A stretch of 64,000 nucleotides of DNA from Takakia lepidozioides. Its lineage: Eukaryota; Plantae; Bryophyta. The position numbers were made by a program, and so were the translations under genes. How positions within the stretch are numbered: position 1 is the first letter of the stretch; each line of letters opens with the position of its first letter. The notes below the pieces were generated by a model. That model ran no database searches. It was not told the origin of the DNA and was given only the letters and a program-made list of their open reading frames with translations. Shown here in pieces: positions 60,542-64,000 of the stretch. The stretch lies in assembly GCA_030704615.1 (NCBI GenBank), contig CM060732.1, forward strand, positions 1,984,001 through 2,048,000, in the 5' to 3' direction.

Positions 60542-63500
60542 TCATGCACGACCATAACTACTATCCATGGTAGAATAGTTAATCTTCGTCATCATCATTG
60601 AGGCATCTTTGTATGGGGGAAGATATAGAACTTGAAAGCAAGTGCTTGCTTGAATGCATGGATAGTCGTGTCGATTGAGAAGTTGTATATTGATGTCTTT
60701 GCCGCCAAAGTACTCCAATCCAGTGATAAAAATAGCCAATCGAGACCTCTCAGCATAGGTCATTTGATCCACACAATCTCGAAACCATTTTTGTTGGAGG
60801 GGCAATATAGATACATCAAATATGCACTTCCTCAAGAAATCACTTGCTTCAATTGCACAGGCACCATTGAATACAACACGCATTGTATCAGGAGATATGC
60901 CTTTCAAACTGTCTTTCATTCGATCCTTTATGGTGGGTGCACATGGTGCTTGTTCCACAGCCATGTAAAACCCCTCTTGCATTGCCTTCACAATCAAATT
61001 GCGTCCATTGAAAAGATGACTCCAAACAATGGCTCCAATCTTGTGCTCAACTTCAGATTCCCAATTTTCTTCTGTCAGATTGAAATCCGAGAATGTCCAA
61101 GCCAAGTCTTCATGTGTTTCATCCTCTTGGAGTCTTCGAATCAATTTCATTGCCTCATCTCTTGATTTTCTAAGGCAATTTAAGATTGACCATTTTGCAG
61201 CCCAGCCCAATCGAAAATCACGTTCTAAATCCTTTTTCATTTTGGACTCCACACCAACGGACATGTTTTTGGACTCGGGGACTTGGTCACAAAACATGAC
61301 CAAAGTTGCGAATGAAAAAGGTCTTGAGACTTCCAATTCGTTCGATGCGAGCATGAAGATCAAATGCCCTAGCATTTTGGCCTGCAATATACACAAACAA
61401 ATAGTAAGAATCAACAATGATACCTAACATTCAAACACAAGAAATGACTGTCCTGGGAGTATCTTCAAAAATAATTCATGCATGTCAATATAAAACAAAT
61501 GACTTTGCAATCCAAATCTCACCGCATCCAATTGAATGTCTGTGCGTATGACCTCAGAATCCAATTTTGGATGCAACAACTTTCCTTGAAGATTATCAGG
61601 ATATTCAAATATGGAATTGTAGCTCTGAAAACCAACAACAAAATCATCAGTCTTTGCTAGTACAATTCAAGTTTGTCATAAAATACAAAAACACAAAAAA
61701 CATTCCTAAGTATGCAAAATGTGCATCAAAGCAAAAGATTACAAATAATCTTAAGACATGAAAAAAGTTTGTGTTTACTGCTTACGAAAGAGGTAGACCA
61801 AAATTGCTTCCAAGTATTTGTAAGCCATGCATCACGCAAACCATCTTCATCGATAGTCAATCTTTCAGCAATGCCGCTGGAATGAATAAATTCAACCTTT
61901 GGTCTATAGCAAGCTCTTTCATGTTTGATCTCATTCCATTGAAGGTTGAAAGCTTGAAGCTCCTTCGTTTGGGTCACCTTGAAAAACAACACGGAAATTT
62001 CAACAACTTCGAAATGTCTAATTCTAAGTGAAAGCAAGCTTACAAAATTAAATACGATCATGACAGTGCATGAACTCACCGGAATCTTGGTAATAGTGAT
62101 GTTGGAAAAGCCCAACCATCTTTTGTACGGCTTGAAAACAATTTGACTCATATAATACCGTTGGTATTTCAATATGGCTTCATCAACCTTCTCTCTTGAT
62201 TGCAAAAGTGTCGCCTCATCTTGGTGAGTCTCAATTTTGTCTGAGCAACACATAAGCTCAAGGTGGGCCCTTGAAAATTTGGTAAAAGCACATAACTTCA
62301 ATGTCTCATGGATTCTTTGACTGAAGGTGTGATCTTCATCACCTAGAGAACCTCCATTGATGTTGTAGTGTTGTAGAATCTCTTCTGCTGTTGGGATACA
62401 TAGACCAACATTCGAGGACTTAGAGATAGCTAGATCCCATGCATCCCAATCTTTCCAAAAAGGTCGCGCCATGAGCTCAAACTGAATTCGAATATCGCCA
62501 GGATTATACATGCTCATGGAAGGGTGCATAGTAACCCTACTGAGATTAGCCTCAGATGTAGTGGAACCCCTACGAAGCTCTTTTCTTTTAAAGAGCTCGT
62601 TACCAATACGTCTCAACACTTCATCATTGAAAGAATCTGTATGGAGCTCAACTTTAAACATGTCAAAAGCTGACCAAAAAGCTTGGGATCCCTGTTCATC
62701 CTTGTGGACATCGAGTGCTTCATATGCAGATTTAACATCACGTTCCCCCAATGCCTTGAAGTATGCCTCTTGATGTTTGATCCATGTCTCTGCCATCTTG
62801 TTGAGAACTTCATCTTCAGTTGCCCATGTACAATGAGTGGGTGTTGAGGAGATTATGTCCATCTCATTAACAATCATACTAGATGAGGAGGACATACCAA
62901 CATGCGTTGTTGTGATTGGCGGTGCAGGTAATGCCAGATTGTAGTGACCTTGGACATTCCCCCGTTGCACGTTCCTACATCCACCTCGAGGCGGCTCACT
63001 CATAAAATCTGAATCAGAATCTCCAAGGCTGCTAGTCGGAATATTGCCACTTGATTGTTCCATCAATCCAAACGAAGACACATCACTGTTTAATCCCGTG
63101 GTGTGCAGGGTCGTAGAAGGCCTTACCCCATTTGAACCTCTGACACGCTTTGGTACTTGTGACGTACTATCAGCTTCAATGTGAGATGTTGTCATACCAT
63201 AAGGCCTTTGGACCCTTCGAACATCTTGGGGCACTTGGGTGACATGAACATCTTGAACTTGTGATGGGGCCATATGAAAAGGTTCACCATCGTTTGATGA
63301 GGACAGAGATTGAGAATCTTCAATCTCCATAGGTCTGATCTGTGCACTACCACATCGCCATCCATGGGCATTGGACCTTCTTTCATTGTCAACCTCCCTA
63401 CACCTTCTATCCCTCTTCTTAGGTGGATTTCTTAGGAATTGTTGATAAGCAACAATTCCATCACTTGGGACTGTGCTTACATCAGGAACATATGAAACCT

Positions 63501-64000
63501 CGCTGCTATCAGGGATGTAAACAACAAATGTTGTTGCTGGCAATCGGCCCCATAGAGCCCCACGTTTTCGAATCAATGGCTCGAGAAAATATTTGCCTGT
63601 TGCTCTCCTGGTCCGTTTGAAAAAACACCCTGTCACACGTGGTGTAGGTGTTTGACGATGAGGCTCAAGTTGTGCAAAGTGGGCAGCAATCTGAAACTCC
63701 ACTGTTCCAAGACAGAATGGCTCGGGATAGATTTGCCCACCCCACTGAAGGTTTGCTTTGAGAGAGACCAAAACAACTGGGTTGTCTGGAACCCAGTTGG
63801 AAATCAATGGCGTTAAAGCCTCACGATAGGTTGACCACTCTGTTGACCTTGGAAGCATATGGATGCGCCGTTGAATATCTTTGGGAGGCACATTAGAAGA
63901 TGCTTGAGGCTGTCTTCTTCGTTGTGTTCTCGACTCGCAAATGTTTCGAGGAACAGAAACATTCAAGTCATTGACAGTGCCAATTTCAGTAGGTCCACAA
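60542..64000 (-). CDS. Divergent HECT-domain E3 ubiquitin ligase-like gene (5' end beyond the window)
   Basis: Predicted exons (>64000)-62080, 61977-61786, 61624-61523 and 61381-60542 join in frame. IDEDGLRDAW (N-lobe); WFRDCV...RLAIFITG...ASTCFQVLYLPPY...SYGRA* (C-lobe with catalytic Cys and an aromatic residue at -4). Confidence 0.8.

Overview
Eukaryotic plant (streptophyte, probably non-seed) nuclear DNA. Two host genes can be fully reconstructed. One is a 14-exon casein kinase 1 (302-5970, +). The other is an 8-exon secreted LRR1/LRP-type protein (55294-34647, -), whose 675-nt CDS is stretched over 20.6 kb by LINE insertions. Between them is a nested transposon cluster: three Mutator-like/SWIM transposase remnants and two copies of a Ty3/Gypsy-type retrotransposon. 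That retrotransposon is the main discovery candidate. Its polyprotein reads gag - protease - C5 DNA methyltransferase - RT - RNase H - DDE integrase - PHD finger. It has a self-complementary primer site instead of a tRNA PBS. Taking the two partial copies together, its termini are split (permuted) direct repeats, A1-internal-B1-A2-B2, opened at a GACAGCTGTC palindrome rather than ordinary LTRs, which suggests integration from a 2-LTR circle. The LRR gene introns hold an APE-RT LINE family that inserts into (TC)n microsatellites and forms head-to-tail arrays. Three clean inversions can be reconstructed. The right end has an intron-containing rve-like DDE transposase pseudogene facing a HECT E3 ligase gene, probably part of one large DNA transposon that runs off the window. 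All calls are from manual reading of motifs and repeats; no searches were run.
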